The notes beneath the pieces are model-generated. The model searched no databases and was not told where the DNA came from. It worked only from the letters and a program-made list of their open reading frames with translations. From an uncultured Ignavibacteriales bacterium (GTDB lineage: Bacteria > Bacteroidota > Ignavibacteria > T3Sed10-11), in NCBI GenBank assembly GCA_964495085.1, contig CAZBUK010000003.1:4528-68527 (forward strand): DNA of 64,000 bases, in the 5' to 3' direction. The number at the start of each line of letters is the position of its first letter. The first letter of the stretch is position 1. A program made the translations under genes and the position numbers. Of the stretch, positions 56,297 to 64,000 are shown one piece after another.

Positions 56297-59284
56297 ATGG
56301 AAAGAATTATACATTCGATTCCTATTTTCAAGAACCTGCTATTTACATTCCTGGCGCTTTCATTCGTAATAGGTATTGGTGTTTCAGTGCAGGCCCAGGA
56401 ACCTGAGCTGCCGATTCTTATAGATGAATGGGGCTTTATCCCCGGCAGAGTCAATGGATGGCAGATATCGGTCGGAGAACCGGGTAATGTGGATCTCACT
56501 ACCGACACCGGATTTACGGGTGAATGGGCAGGGGTACGCGGGGAATTTGGTCCGGTTACCGTAGAGGAGGGTCAAGCTCTTATACTCTCAGGGAAACTGG
56601 ATTTTGTCGGTCAGGGACCGAGCGCCTGGAGCGCTCTCCGCTACGGAGTATTCCGCCAGGATAGCGCAGGGGTGGTACAGTACGCCGGTACAGACTCATC
56701 TCTCTGGTCGGGCAGTGAAGGTTTTTCATATGGCTATATGTTAACAAACCACAGCGGGACGCAGGATCGCGTCTCCTGGTCGAACGGGAACGGAAACATC
56801 GGTGTCCATCATGGAGGGGTATGGCTCAGCTCGTTTAATAACGATCCTCGATCGCTTGGTGTAATAGATCAGCGACTCTTCCGCGCCGAAGCTCCGGAGG
56901 GAATGTATGATTTCGCTGTTTCAATTCATACGCAGGATGACGGCAACAATCAGGTCCGGTTCTACCTGATTCATGAAGACGGAGAATACTGGTTCGGCGG
57001 CCTTGTGGTAGATACAACGGGAGTGCCGACGAGTGAGTATAATAGTTTCTGTTTCGCGTTTAACAACAGGAACGAAAACCTGACTGAAGTGAAGTTAATT
57101 GATGTGTCGGTCAATCTCGACGACCCCATTACGCTCCCCGAACCGCCGCTCGAGATGCCGCCGCATGACATCGGCAGAATATTCAATGAAAACCGTCTAT
57201 TTGAATTATCTTCTCCCGGTCCGGCAAGCGGCCCGTTCTGGTATTTTGCAACCGGGAATACGGTCGGTTACGATGTCGTGTATGATGACGCGCAGACCGG
57301 TGACCGTTCGGTAAGGATCGAATTCGACGATGCTCACGAGGGCAATAGCTGGGATATCGAAGCGGTAAACGAACCGATTTATCCTGGGGAAAATGACATT
57401 ATTCGTGCCAGCGTATGGCTCAAAGCCGACACCGATGAGCGTGTGGCAAATCTGTACATCGGTTTGCCGGATGATTGTGATTTTGAGCGCGTATCGTCAC
57501 ATCAAGTAACGCTGACTGAAGACTGGGCTATGTATCAGATACCCGACTATGTGGTCCAGACGAACGATGCGGGCTGTACGGTGAGGTTTGGAATAGAACT
57601 AAACTATGAAGAGAACATCGGAGGCGTAATCTCCCTCGACAATGCGATAGTGAGGAAAGTAGGGGAACACGATCCGACTAAAGTAGCCACCTGGGGTTTT
57701 ATCCCCGGCAGAGTCAATGGATGGCAGATATCGGTCGGAGAACCGGGCAATGTGGATCTCACTACCGACACCGGATTTACGGGTGAATGGGCAGGAGTAC
57801 GCGGGGAATTTGGTCCGGTTACCGTAGAGGAGGGTCAAGCTCTTATACTCTCAGGGAAACTGGATTTTGTCGGTCAGGGACCGAGCGCCTGGAGCGCTCT
57901 CCGCTACGGAGTATTCCGCCAGGATAGCGCAGGGGTGGTACAGTACGCCGGTACAGACTCATCTCTCTGGTCGGGCAGTGAAGGTTTTTCATATGGCTAT
58001 ATGTTAACAAACCACAGCGGGACGCAGGATCGCGTCTCCTGGTCGAACGGGAACGGAAACATCGGTGTCCATCATGGAGGGGTATGGCTCAGCTCGTTTA
58101 ATAACGATCCTCGATCGCTTGGTGTAATAGATCAGCGACTCTTCCGCGCCGAAGCTCCGGAGGGAATGTATGATTTCGCTGTTTCAATTCATACGCAGGA
58201 TGACGGCAACAATCAGGTCCGGTTCTACCTGATTCATGAAGACGGAGAATACTGGTTCGGCGGCCTTGTGGTAGATACAACGGGAGTGCCGACGAGTGAG
58301 TATAATAGTTTCTGTTTCGCGTTTAACAACAGGAACGAAAACCTGACTGAAGTGAAGTTAATTGATATATCAGTCAATCTCGACGATCCGATTACGCTCC
58401 CGAACCCGCCGCTCGAGACCCCGACGCACGATATCGGGAGAATTTTCAATGAAAACCGCAACTTTGAGCTCTCCAGCCCCGGGGTAACGACCGGCGAGCC
58501 GTTCTGGTCGTTCAACATAACACAAGGCGGAGCCAATGCAGAGTTCGCGATCGAACATGGTGATGCTCAGAACGGCGACCGCGCTCTCAGGATCGACTTC
58601 GGTACCTGGAACGGCGCAAGCGACGTATGGCATGTAGAGGCAGTGAACGAACCGTTCTATCCGGAAGTCGGCGACACAATCCGTGCTACGGTATGGCTTA
58701 AAGCGGATACCGACACACGTGTCGCTCGTTTATACCTTGGCTTGCCGGGAGGCAGCTTCCAACGAGTCCCAGATTGGGGTATGGAAGAAACTGTTACTCT
58801 GACAACAGAGTGGGCTATGTACTCCTTCCCCGATTACATGGTTATTCAACGCGATGTCAACCATGCTCCCGATGGTGCAATGCGATTTGGTATCGAATTG
58901 AATCTGGAGGCGAATGACGGCGGTATGATCTGGATTGACAACGCAATCGTGAGAGTCGTGGGCAAAATGCCTGTCTCGGTAGAAGTCGACCCGACTATAC
59001 CGCTCACCTTCGCACTCGAGCAGAACTATCCCAATCCGTTCAACCCGACGACGCAGATCCGGTTTTCACTCCCCGATCATGCGGACGTCATACTCGAGGT
59101 GTTCGATATCCTCGGCAGACGGGTAGCGACCCTCATCAACAACGAGAACTACGCACCCGGACGCTATACGGTAACATGGGACGCGACGAACAAATCGGGC
59201 TTCTCGATCAGCAGCGGTATGTATATCTATCGCATCCAGGCGGGAAGTCATGTAGACATAAAACGGATGATGTTCCTTAAGTAA
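56297..59284 (+). CDS. Secreted modular protein (995 aa). It has a signal peptide, two tandem ~421-aa units (each a conserved ~230-aa module plus a CBM4/9-like carbohydrate-binding module) and a T9SS C-terminal domain.
   Basis: Signal MERIIHSIPIFKNLLFTFLALSFVIGIGVSVQAQ. Unit boundaries are at WGFIPGRVNGWQISVGEPGNVDL (aa 45 and aa 466). The CBM-like ends are ...SLDNAIVRKVG and ...WIDNAIVRVVG. The CTD is NYPNPFNPTTQIRFSLPDHADVILEVFDILGRRVATL...GMYIYRIQAGSHVDIKRMMFLK. An SD GGAGGTAA precedes the ATG. Confidence 0.75.
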   Translation: MERIIHSIPIFKNLLFTFLALSFVIGIGVSVQAQEPELPILIDEWGFIPGRVNGWQISVGEPGNVDLTTDTGFTGEWAGVRGEFGPVTVEEGQALILSGKLDFVGQGPSAWSALRYGVFRQDSAGVVQYAGTDSSLWSGSEGFSYGYMLTNHSGTQDRVSWSNGNGNIGVHHGGVWLSSFNNDPRSLGVIDQRLFRAEAPEGMYDFAVSIHTQDDGNNQVRFYLIHEDGEYWFGGLVVDTTGVPTSEYNSFCFAFNNRNENLTEVKLIDVSVNLDDPITLPEPPLEMPPHDIGRIFNENRLFELSSPGPASGPFWYFATGNTVGYDVVYDDAQTGDRSVRIEFDDAHEGNSWDIEAVNEPIYPGENDIIRASVWLKADTDERVANLYIGLPDDCDFERVSSHQVTLTEDWAMYQIPDYVVQTNDAGCTVRFGIELNYEENIGGVISLDNAIVRKVGEHDPTKVATWGFIPGRVNGWQISVGEPGNVDLTTDTGFTGEWAGVRGEFGPVTVEEGQALILSGKLDFVGQGPSAWSALRYGVFRQDSAGVVQYAGTDSSLWSGSEGFSYGYMLTNHSGTQDRVSWSNGNGNIGVHHGGVWLSSFNNDPRSLGVIDQRLFRAEAPEGMYDFAVSIHTQDDGNNQVRFYLIHEDGEYWFGGLVVDTTGVPTSEYNSFCFAFNNRNENLTEVKLIDISVNLDDPITLPNPPLETPTHDIGRIFNENRNFELSSPGVTTGEPFWSFNITQGGANAEFAIEHGDAQNGDRALRIDFGTWNGASDVWHVEAVNEPFYPEVGDTIRATVWLKADTDTRVARLYLGLPGGSFQRVPDWGMEETVTLTTEWAMYSFPDYMVIQRDVNHAPDGAMRFGIELNLEANDGGMIWIDNAIVRVVGKMPVSVEVDPTIPLTFALEQNYPNPFNPTTQIRFSLPDHADVILEVFDILGRRVATLINNENYAPGRYTVTWDATNKSGFSISSGMYIYRIQAGSHVDIKRMMFLK
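56429..58954 (+). repeat. Intragenic tandem duplication with a 1263-bp period, two copies. The first ~670 bp of each copy are about 99% identical at the nucleotide level, and the remainder is strongly diverged.
   Basis: Copy 1 starts at tggggctttatccccggcagagtcaatggatgg (56429) and copy 2 at tggggttttatccccggcagagtcaatggatgg (57692). I saw only about 4 substitutions over ~670 bp. The antisense track ORFs 56835..57017 and 58098..58280 are identical (60 aa each), and the track ORFs 56384..56575 and 57599..57838 share a 58-aa N-terminus. Past ~57100 / ~58363 the copies fall to roughly 50% aa identity. Confidence 0.9.
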
Positions 59285-59298
59285 TCTATCCGTAACCG

Positions 59299-59352
59299 GA
59301 AGATGGAATCTGTTGTACTCATCCGAAACAGATTCCATCTTCTGACTTTTTT
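59299..59352 (+). terminator. Rho-independent terminator (first of two in tandem) after the 995-aa gene
   Basis: GAAGATGGAATCTGTT-gtactcatccga-AACAGATTCCATCTTC is a 16-bp stem. It is followed by tgaCTTTTTT. Confidence 0.75.
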
Positions 59353-59360
59353 CATCTGAA

Positions 59361-59389
59361 GAGGAGGAACCGTTCCTCCTCTTTTTTTT
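59361..59389 (+). terminator. Second tandem terminator hairpin
   Basis: GAGGAGGAAccgTTCCTCCTC followed by TTTTTTTT. Confidence 0.6.
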
Positions 59390-59409
59390 CGTATCAAGAA
59401 GGCTTCACC

Positions 59410-61092
59410 ATGATAAAATATCTTACTCTATCGATTCTGTTCTCCTCATATCTCTATGCTCAGTCGGATGCAATTCAGACCGACGTTCCGGCACTGAAGG
59501 ACGTATATGCAAAGGATTTTACGATCGGCTGTCTTCTTTCCTATCCCCATATCGGTTTTCAGGACGACCCGCCGGTGCCCGGGCAAGGCGCCGTTGTAGC
59601 CCCGAACGGCGGTTACCTCATACAGTTTCACATGAACAGCATGTCTCCGGGCAATAATATGAAGGCCCAGAATACGGTCAATATAAACGCCAGCGCCGCG
59701 GCATATAATGCGGCAACAACGGATGAGGAGAGGGATTCCATCAACGTGCATCCCGTCGTTCGTTTCAACGGCAACATGATCGCGCAGCTTAACTGGGCGC
59801 AGCGCCAGGGATTCGTGTTTCGCGGTCATACGCTTGTGTGGCATAATCAAACTCCCGGTACCGCCTTCTTCCGAACGGGTTATTCAAGCACAGGTGAACG
59901 GCTAAGCCCCGAGCTTATGACCGAACGAATGAGAAATTTTATCGGAGAGGTCATCCGTCTGCTGCACGAAGACTGGCCCGGGATGGTGACGGCAATGGAC
60001 GTCGTCAACGAAGCGGTGGCGGATAACGGGACTTTTCGTACCTCGAACAACGAATGGTACGATACTTTCGGCGATAATAGCTACGTGCTGAAGGCATTTG
60101 AATTTTCACGGGAAGCTACCGAGCTCTACGGCGAAACTCAGATGATGCTCTATTATAACGACTATAACACCCATAGTTCAGCCAAAGCCGATGGGATCGT
60201 ACAACTCCTGACGCCGGTATGGGAAGCCGGATACCTCGACGGTATCGGCATGCAGCACCACGACCAGAGAACGAGTCCTTCCGCATCCCAATTCATCAGC
60301 TCATACGACAAATTTTATCCGATCTGCAGCGAAATGGCGATAACCGAATTGGACGTCAATCCCCAATCCGCCATTACCGATTTCATACTGCAACAGCAGG
60401 CGAGTCAGTATGCCATGCTGTTCAAGCTGTTTGTCGAGCGCAGCGCCGGATCCGGTCGCGGCAAGATTGTCAACGTATCGAAAGACGGTCTGAACGATCA
60501 GTATGCATTCGTGGCAAACGCGTCGCTCTGGGATGCCGACAATCAGGTCAAGCCCGCATTCTGGGCGGCGGTGAATGTCGGTATTCATTACCATGCGTTG
60601 GATTCGCTTATCACACATGCGGAAACGCTCGTCGAGACCGACTATACGCCCGAGACATGGTTGATGTTCACGGATTCGCTCGAAGCGGCTGAAGATGCTA
60701 TGGCGCAAAATTATTCCTATATGGATTCCGCCGCAGATGCGCTTCAAAACGCGCGTGAAGCGTTGGAACTTGCCTATCAGGGTCTGATCTTAACGAACTA
60801 TGCCGGAGAGGCTGATCGCGGAGTCCCGGAATCGTATCATCTTGAACAGAACTTCCCCAATCCGTTTAACCCGGCGACCCGGATCGGCTACTCGATTCCG
60901 CAAGCCGGCAACGTTTCGCTCAAAGTATACAATCTGCTCGGACAGGAGGTCGCGACGGTGTTCGAAGGATTTCAATCCGCGGGAAATTACTCGTTTACAT
61001 TCGACGGCGCCGGACTCGCCGGCGGGGTGTACCTGTACCGGCTGCAGGTTAATAATTTCGTAGAGACAAAAAGGTTGGTTCTGGTCAAATAA
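59410..61092 (+). CDS. Endo-1,4-beta-xylanase, glycoside hydrolase family 10, with a T9SS C-terminal domain
   Basis: GH10 hallmarks are GHTLVWHNQTP, an acid/base block WPGMVTAMDVVNEAV and a nucleophile block MAITELDVN. Signal peptide MIKYLTLSILFSSYLYAQS. The CTD is NFPNPFNPATRIGYSIPQAGNVSLKVYNLLGQEVATVFEGFQSAGNYSFTFDGAGLAGGVYLYRLQVNNFVETKRLVLVK. Confidence 0.9.
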   Translation: MIKYLTLSILFSSYLYAQSDAIQTDVPALKDVYAKDFTIGCLLSYPHIGFQDDPPVPGQGAVVAPNGGYLIQFHMNSMSPGNNMKAQNTVNINASAAAYNAATTDEERDSINVHPVVRFNGNMIAQLNWAQRQGFVFRGHTLVWHNQTPGTAFFRTGYSSTGERLSPELMTERMRNFIGEVIRLLHEDWPGMVTAMDVVNEAVADNGTFRTSNNEWYDTFGDNSYVLKAFEFSREATELYGETQMMLYYNDYNTHSSAKADGIVQLLTPVWEAGYLDGIGMQHHDQRTSPSASQFISSYDKFYPICSEMAITELDVNPQSAITDFILQQQASQYAMLFKLFVERSAGSGRGKIVNVSKDGLNDQYAFVANASLWDADNQVKPAFWAAVNVGIHYHALDSLITHAETLVETDYTPETWLMFTDSLEAAEDAMAQNYSYMDSAADALQNAREALELAYQGLILTNYAGEADRGVPESYHLEQNFPNPFNPATRIGYSIPQAGNVSLKVYNLLGQEVATVFEGFQSAGNYSFTFDGAGLAGGVYLYRLQVNNFVETKRLVLVK

Positions 61093-61512
61093 GTTCGTGA
61101 GGAATCGAATACAATAAATTCAACGGGACGAACTCAATATTCATAGTATCATTGCTGCCGGAAAATGAGTATTGTGGTAATGGAGCATATAATGGGCAAC
61201 TCCGCCTAAGCGGGGTAGAAGCTGTCGAAGCCTGACATGGAAAATAGATTTCCACCGTTCGATTTTAAAATGATATTATGGTCGGCTTATTGCTGAAACA
61301 TTGCTACTAAGGTCGTCGGTTTTATATAATTTTTGTATCCCGGATCACCTCCACCTCAAATCGACGAGACATTGAACGGCCTTATGTAATCCGTCAACCT
61401 TGGTAGTACAGCCGTACCTCCCAGCCATCAGCATCCTTCAAAAAAGGATACATCATGTTCTTCAGAAGACACAGAAAATACCATATATGGAGACTCACCG
61501 CTCTATCTATAG

Positions 61513-61737
61513 CATTATTACATACAGCAACGTTCCACCCGCAACTTATCGCTCAAAGTGTACAATGTTTTGGGACAGAATGTAACGACGTTATTCGAGG
61601 GGTTCCGGGAAGCGGGAAGGTACGTATCTGAATTTGACGGTTCCGGTCTGGCAAGCGGTATATACCTGTATAGATTACAAACAGACGGATTTATTGAAAC
61701 AAAGAGGCTCGTATTGACAAAGTCAGAAATCAAGGAA
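61513..61737 (+). pseudogene. Orphan T9SS C-terminal-domain remnant. It is the last ~60 aa of a CTD with no cargo domain and has a lost stop codon.
   Basis: The in-frame translation from 61513 is HYYIQQRSTRNLSLKVYNVLGQNVTTLFEGFREAGRYVSEFDGSGLASGIYLYRLQTDGFIETKRLVLTK-SEIKEE... The SLKVYN..KRLVLTK portion is about 70% identical to the GH10 CTD tail. An in-frame stop lies 1 codon upstream, at 61510. The 420 bp upstream have no coding potential. Where every other CTD in the window ends with K-stop, this frame reads through. Confidence 0.5.
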
Positions 61738-61875
61738 GAGTTTATCGGGGGAGAAAACACATTGAACACAGATGATACAGATTGGACTGATCTACGCTGT
61801 TTTTTTAAAATAAAATCTGTGAAAATCAATGCGGTTTCTGTGTCTTCAGTGTTCTCATTAAAAAGGAGGTAATTC

Positions 61876-63420
61876 ATGCATATCAGGGGCGTTCTCATGC
61901 TAATATTGACTCTCTTTGCCGCACAGACTTCGCCGGCACAATCATCCCACGTCATGACCCTTAACGTCGACCAGGCGGAGATAACAATCAACAGACATAT
62001 CTACGGCCATTTCGCCGAGCATCTGGGAAGGGGAATTTACGATGGCCTCTGGCGGAAGGATACATCGGGCGAATTCCGTATTCGGCAGGATATAGTCGAA
62101 GCGCTTCGGGCGATTCAAATTCCCAACCTCCGCTGGCCGGGCGGGTGTTTTGCAGACTATTATTTTTGGAAGGACGGTGTGGGTCCCCGCGACGAACGTC
62201 CCTCCATCGTGAATGTACTCTGGGGCGGCGTTACCGAAGACAACAGCGTCGGTACTCATGAATTCATGGAATTGATCGAACTTCTTGATACGGAACCGAT
62301 CGTCGTCGGTAATGTCGGCAGTGGCACGGTCCAGGAGATGGCGCAGTGGTGGGAGTACGTAAACCACCCGGGTCCGAGTCCCATGGCAAACTGGCGCAAG
62401 GAGAACGGACGTGAAAAACCATGGAACGTCCGATTCTGGGGCGTGGGCAACGAGAGCTGGGGATGCGGCGGTCACATGCGCCCCGAATTCTATGCCGACG
62501 CCTACCGGCAATTCCAGACCTACCTGCACGGATACCCGGGTATTCGTCCCTTTCGCATTGCGGCGGGTGCTGCCGGCGGCAATTACGAGTGGACGGAGGT
62601 ATTGATGCGTGAAGCAGGAAATTTTATGGAGGGACTCGATCTGCACCATTATACGATCCTGGGTGACTGGGTTACTAAAAAAGGACATGCGACCGAGTAC
62701 GGCGAGGCAGAATGGTTCGAGTTGATGAAACGCGGCTGGCAAACGGAAGAGCTGGTCGAGGGTCACTCTGCGATCATGGATAAGTACGATCCGGAAAAGC
62801 GCGTCTGGCTCATCGTCGGTGAATGGGGAACATGGCACGAGCCGCTCGAGGGATCGCAGCCGGGATTTCTGCATCAGCAGCAGACGATACGCGATGCCTT
62901 GGTAGCGTCGCAGTCGCTGAATATATTCAACCAGAATGCCGACCGCGTAAAAATGGCGAACATTGCACAGACGGTCAACGTGCTTCAGGCGATGATCCTG
63001 ACCGGGGAAGAGCAGATGATTCTGACCCCCACATATCACGTGTTCGAATTTTATACGGTTCACCATGACGCCCTGCTTGTCCCAATGGAACTTGATGCGG
63101 GCACGTATGAATTCAACGGCGCATCAATCCGTCCCCTCACCGCGACCGCATCGCGGCCTTCAACAGATGCCGATGTGATACATATTACGATCTCAAACCT
63201 GGATCCCACCGCGGGTCGCAGAGTAGAGACGGCACTCAACGGATTTAACGCATCGGGCGTGACGGGACGCATACTGACCGCCGGCGATATGACCGCACAT
63301 AACACATTCGTGAATCCGAATGCCGTCGCTCCTGCGCCGTTCAACGGAGCCCGCATTACCGGCGGCAGGCTTATCATCGACCTCCCGCCGATGTCGCTTG
63401 TTGTGCTTGAGGTGCGGTAA
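61876..63420 (+). CDS. Alpha-L-arabinofuranosidase, glycoside hydrolase family 51 (copy 2), secreted
   Basis: Signal MHIRGVLMLILTLFAAQTSPAQS. GH51 blocks HIYGHFAEHLGRGIYDGLW, IPNLRWPGGCFADYYFWKDGVGP and FWGVGNESWGCGGHM. It is collinear with the copy at 26601..28172. An SD AAAAGGAGG precedes the ATG. Confidence 0.9.
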   Translation: MHIRGVLMLILTLFAAQTSPAQSSHVMTLNVDQAEITINRHIYGHFAEHLGRGIYDGLWRKDTSGEFRIRQDIVEALRAIQIPNLRWPGGCFADYYFWKDGVGPRDERPSIVNVLWGGVTEDNSVGTHEFMELIELLDTEPIVVGNVGSGTVQEMAQWWEYVNHPGPSPMANWRKENGREKPWNVRFWGVGNESWGCGGHMRPEFYADAYRQFQTYLHGYPGIRPFRIAAGAAGGNYEWTEVLMREAGNFMEGLDLHHYTILGDWVTKKGHATEYGEAEWFELMKRGWQTEELVEGHSAIMDKYDPEKRVWLIVGEWGTWHEPLEGSQPGFLHQQQTIRDALVASQSLNIFNQNADRVKMANIAQTVNVLQAMILTGEEQMILTPTYHVFEFYTVHHDALLVPMELDAGTYEFNGASIRPLTATASRPSTDADVIHITISNLDPTAGRRVETALNGFNASGVTGRILTAGDMTAHNTFVNPNAVAPAPFNGARITGGRLIIDLPPMSLVVLEVR

Positions 63421-63731
63421 ACCGCACGGCAAGCAAGGTTCCTGTGCGAGTGATTTAACATAAAGTCGAAATATGCTTATTGAACACTGATGACACTGAA
63501 ATGCACAAGATTTTCACTGATATCTCTCCGGGACTTGAATAATAATTGCAGACGGCGGAGTTGATATCACAAAGGAAACCGTATGGATCGAAGCGCCGTA
63601 TTTGGTGAATAATGAAAAAATATCTGTGTTTCGTGTTCCAGGTTTTAGGTTCCTGGTATCAGCGTGTAATACAGAGTACGGAACTGGTAAATATAAACAG
63701 TAGCCATGTTACTAATAAATGGAGGTGTGAG

Positions 63732-64000
63732 ATGAACCTTATAGGAACAAATCGGATAGTTCCCTTTTTATGTGCAGCTATTTTAGTATTCGTTGCTGGG
63801 ACCTTTACCGTGCAGGCTCAGGGATTAGGACAACCACTCAATACCAACGGAAGTTTTGAAAATACCGAACCCGGGATCGTAACCGACCTGGAGAACGGTA
63901 TAGAAGGTTGGCTACTGCAACTACTCGGAGTTGCTGAGGCGGAATTTGAGATTGTGGTTGACACCACTGCACCTCACGGCAACCATGCATTAAAGGTGAC
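63732..64000 (+). CDS. Secreted protein, N-terminal part only; it runs off the window end. It has a CBM4/9-like start.
   Basis: GGAGGTGTGAG-ATG gives MNLIGTNRIVPFLCAAILVFVAGTFTVQAQGLGQPLNTNGSFENTEPGIVTDLENGIEGWLLQLLGVAEAEFEIVVDTTAPHGNHALKV. The NGSFE...GW pattern is typical of the first strand of CBM4/9/22 modules. It is not in the track because it is truncated. Confidence 0.55.
   Translation, partial: MNLIGTNRIVPFLCAAILVFVAGTFTVQAQGLGQPLNTNGSFENTEPGIVTDLENGIEGWLLQLLGVAEAEFEIVVDTTAPHGNHALKV

Noticed and set aside
63421-63460. Possible hairpin CGCACGG...CCTGTGCG after the second GH51
   Set aside because: The stem is imperfect (7 of 8 bp with a bulge) and there is no T-tract. Not convincing as a terminator.
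1-64000. Search for tRNA/rRNA, CRISPR arrays, transposases or integrases
   Set aside because: No T-loop-like GTTCGAATC motifs occur outside coding frames. I found no regularly spaced short direct repeats, no rRNA-like conserved stretches, and no DDE/tyrosine-recombinase-like ORFs. None is reported.

Overview
This 64-kb window looks like a sugar-catabolic region of an FCB-superphylum (Bacteroidetes-like) bacterium. Several secreted proteins end in a Por/type IX secretion (T9SS) C-terminal sorting domain, and many genes have strong AGGAGG ribosome-binding sites.

Most of the window encodes pentose and hemicellulose utilisation.
- A partial L-fuconate dehydratase and a GH31 hydrolase open the window.
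- There are three LacI-family regulators and two paralogous xylose isomerases, one in a LacI-xylB-xylA unit.
- A complete L-arabinose set is present: araA with a Na+/solute symporter, plus galM, GH51 abfA, a NUDIX-type regulator, araB and araD.
- Two paralogous loci each pair a TonB-dependent receptor that has a CarboxypepD_reg-like N-terminus with a T9SS-anchored right-handed beta-helix protein. Each pair is preceded by a shared promoter/operator-like motif and followed by a hairpin terminator.
- A xylan-degrading block follows the second locus: a T9SS protein with a near-perfect 1263-bp internal tandem duplication of a CBM-like module, a GH10 xylanase with T9SS CTD, an orphan CTD gene remnant, a second GH51, and the start of a secreted CBM-like protein.

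The feature that does not fit any family I recognise is a co-directional pair of giant ORFs of 1751 aa and 1392 aa at 13256..22786.
- It lies between a cytoplasmic PAS hybrid histidine kinase and a LacI gene.
- It sits behind a sigma70-like TTGACA-17-TATCAT promoter and a roughly 480-nt leader.
- The region is visibly GC-richer than the T9SS loci, and the giant ORFs lack the AGGAGG ribosome-binding sites common elsewhere in the window.
- Neither protein has a signal peptide, Walker/ATPase motif, or recognisable repeat family.
This pair is the best candidate for an undescribed system.

No rRNA, tRNA, CRISPR array, transposase or integrase was found.

Coordinates of non-ORF features (motifs, hairpins) were read by eye and may be off by 1-2 nt.
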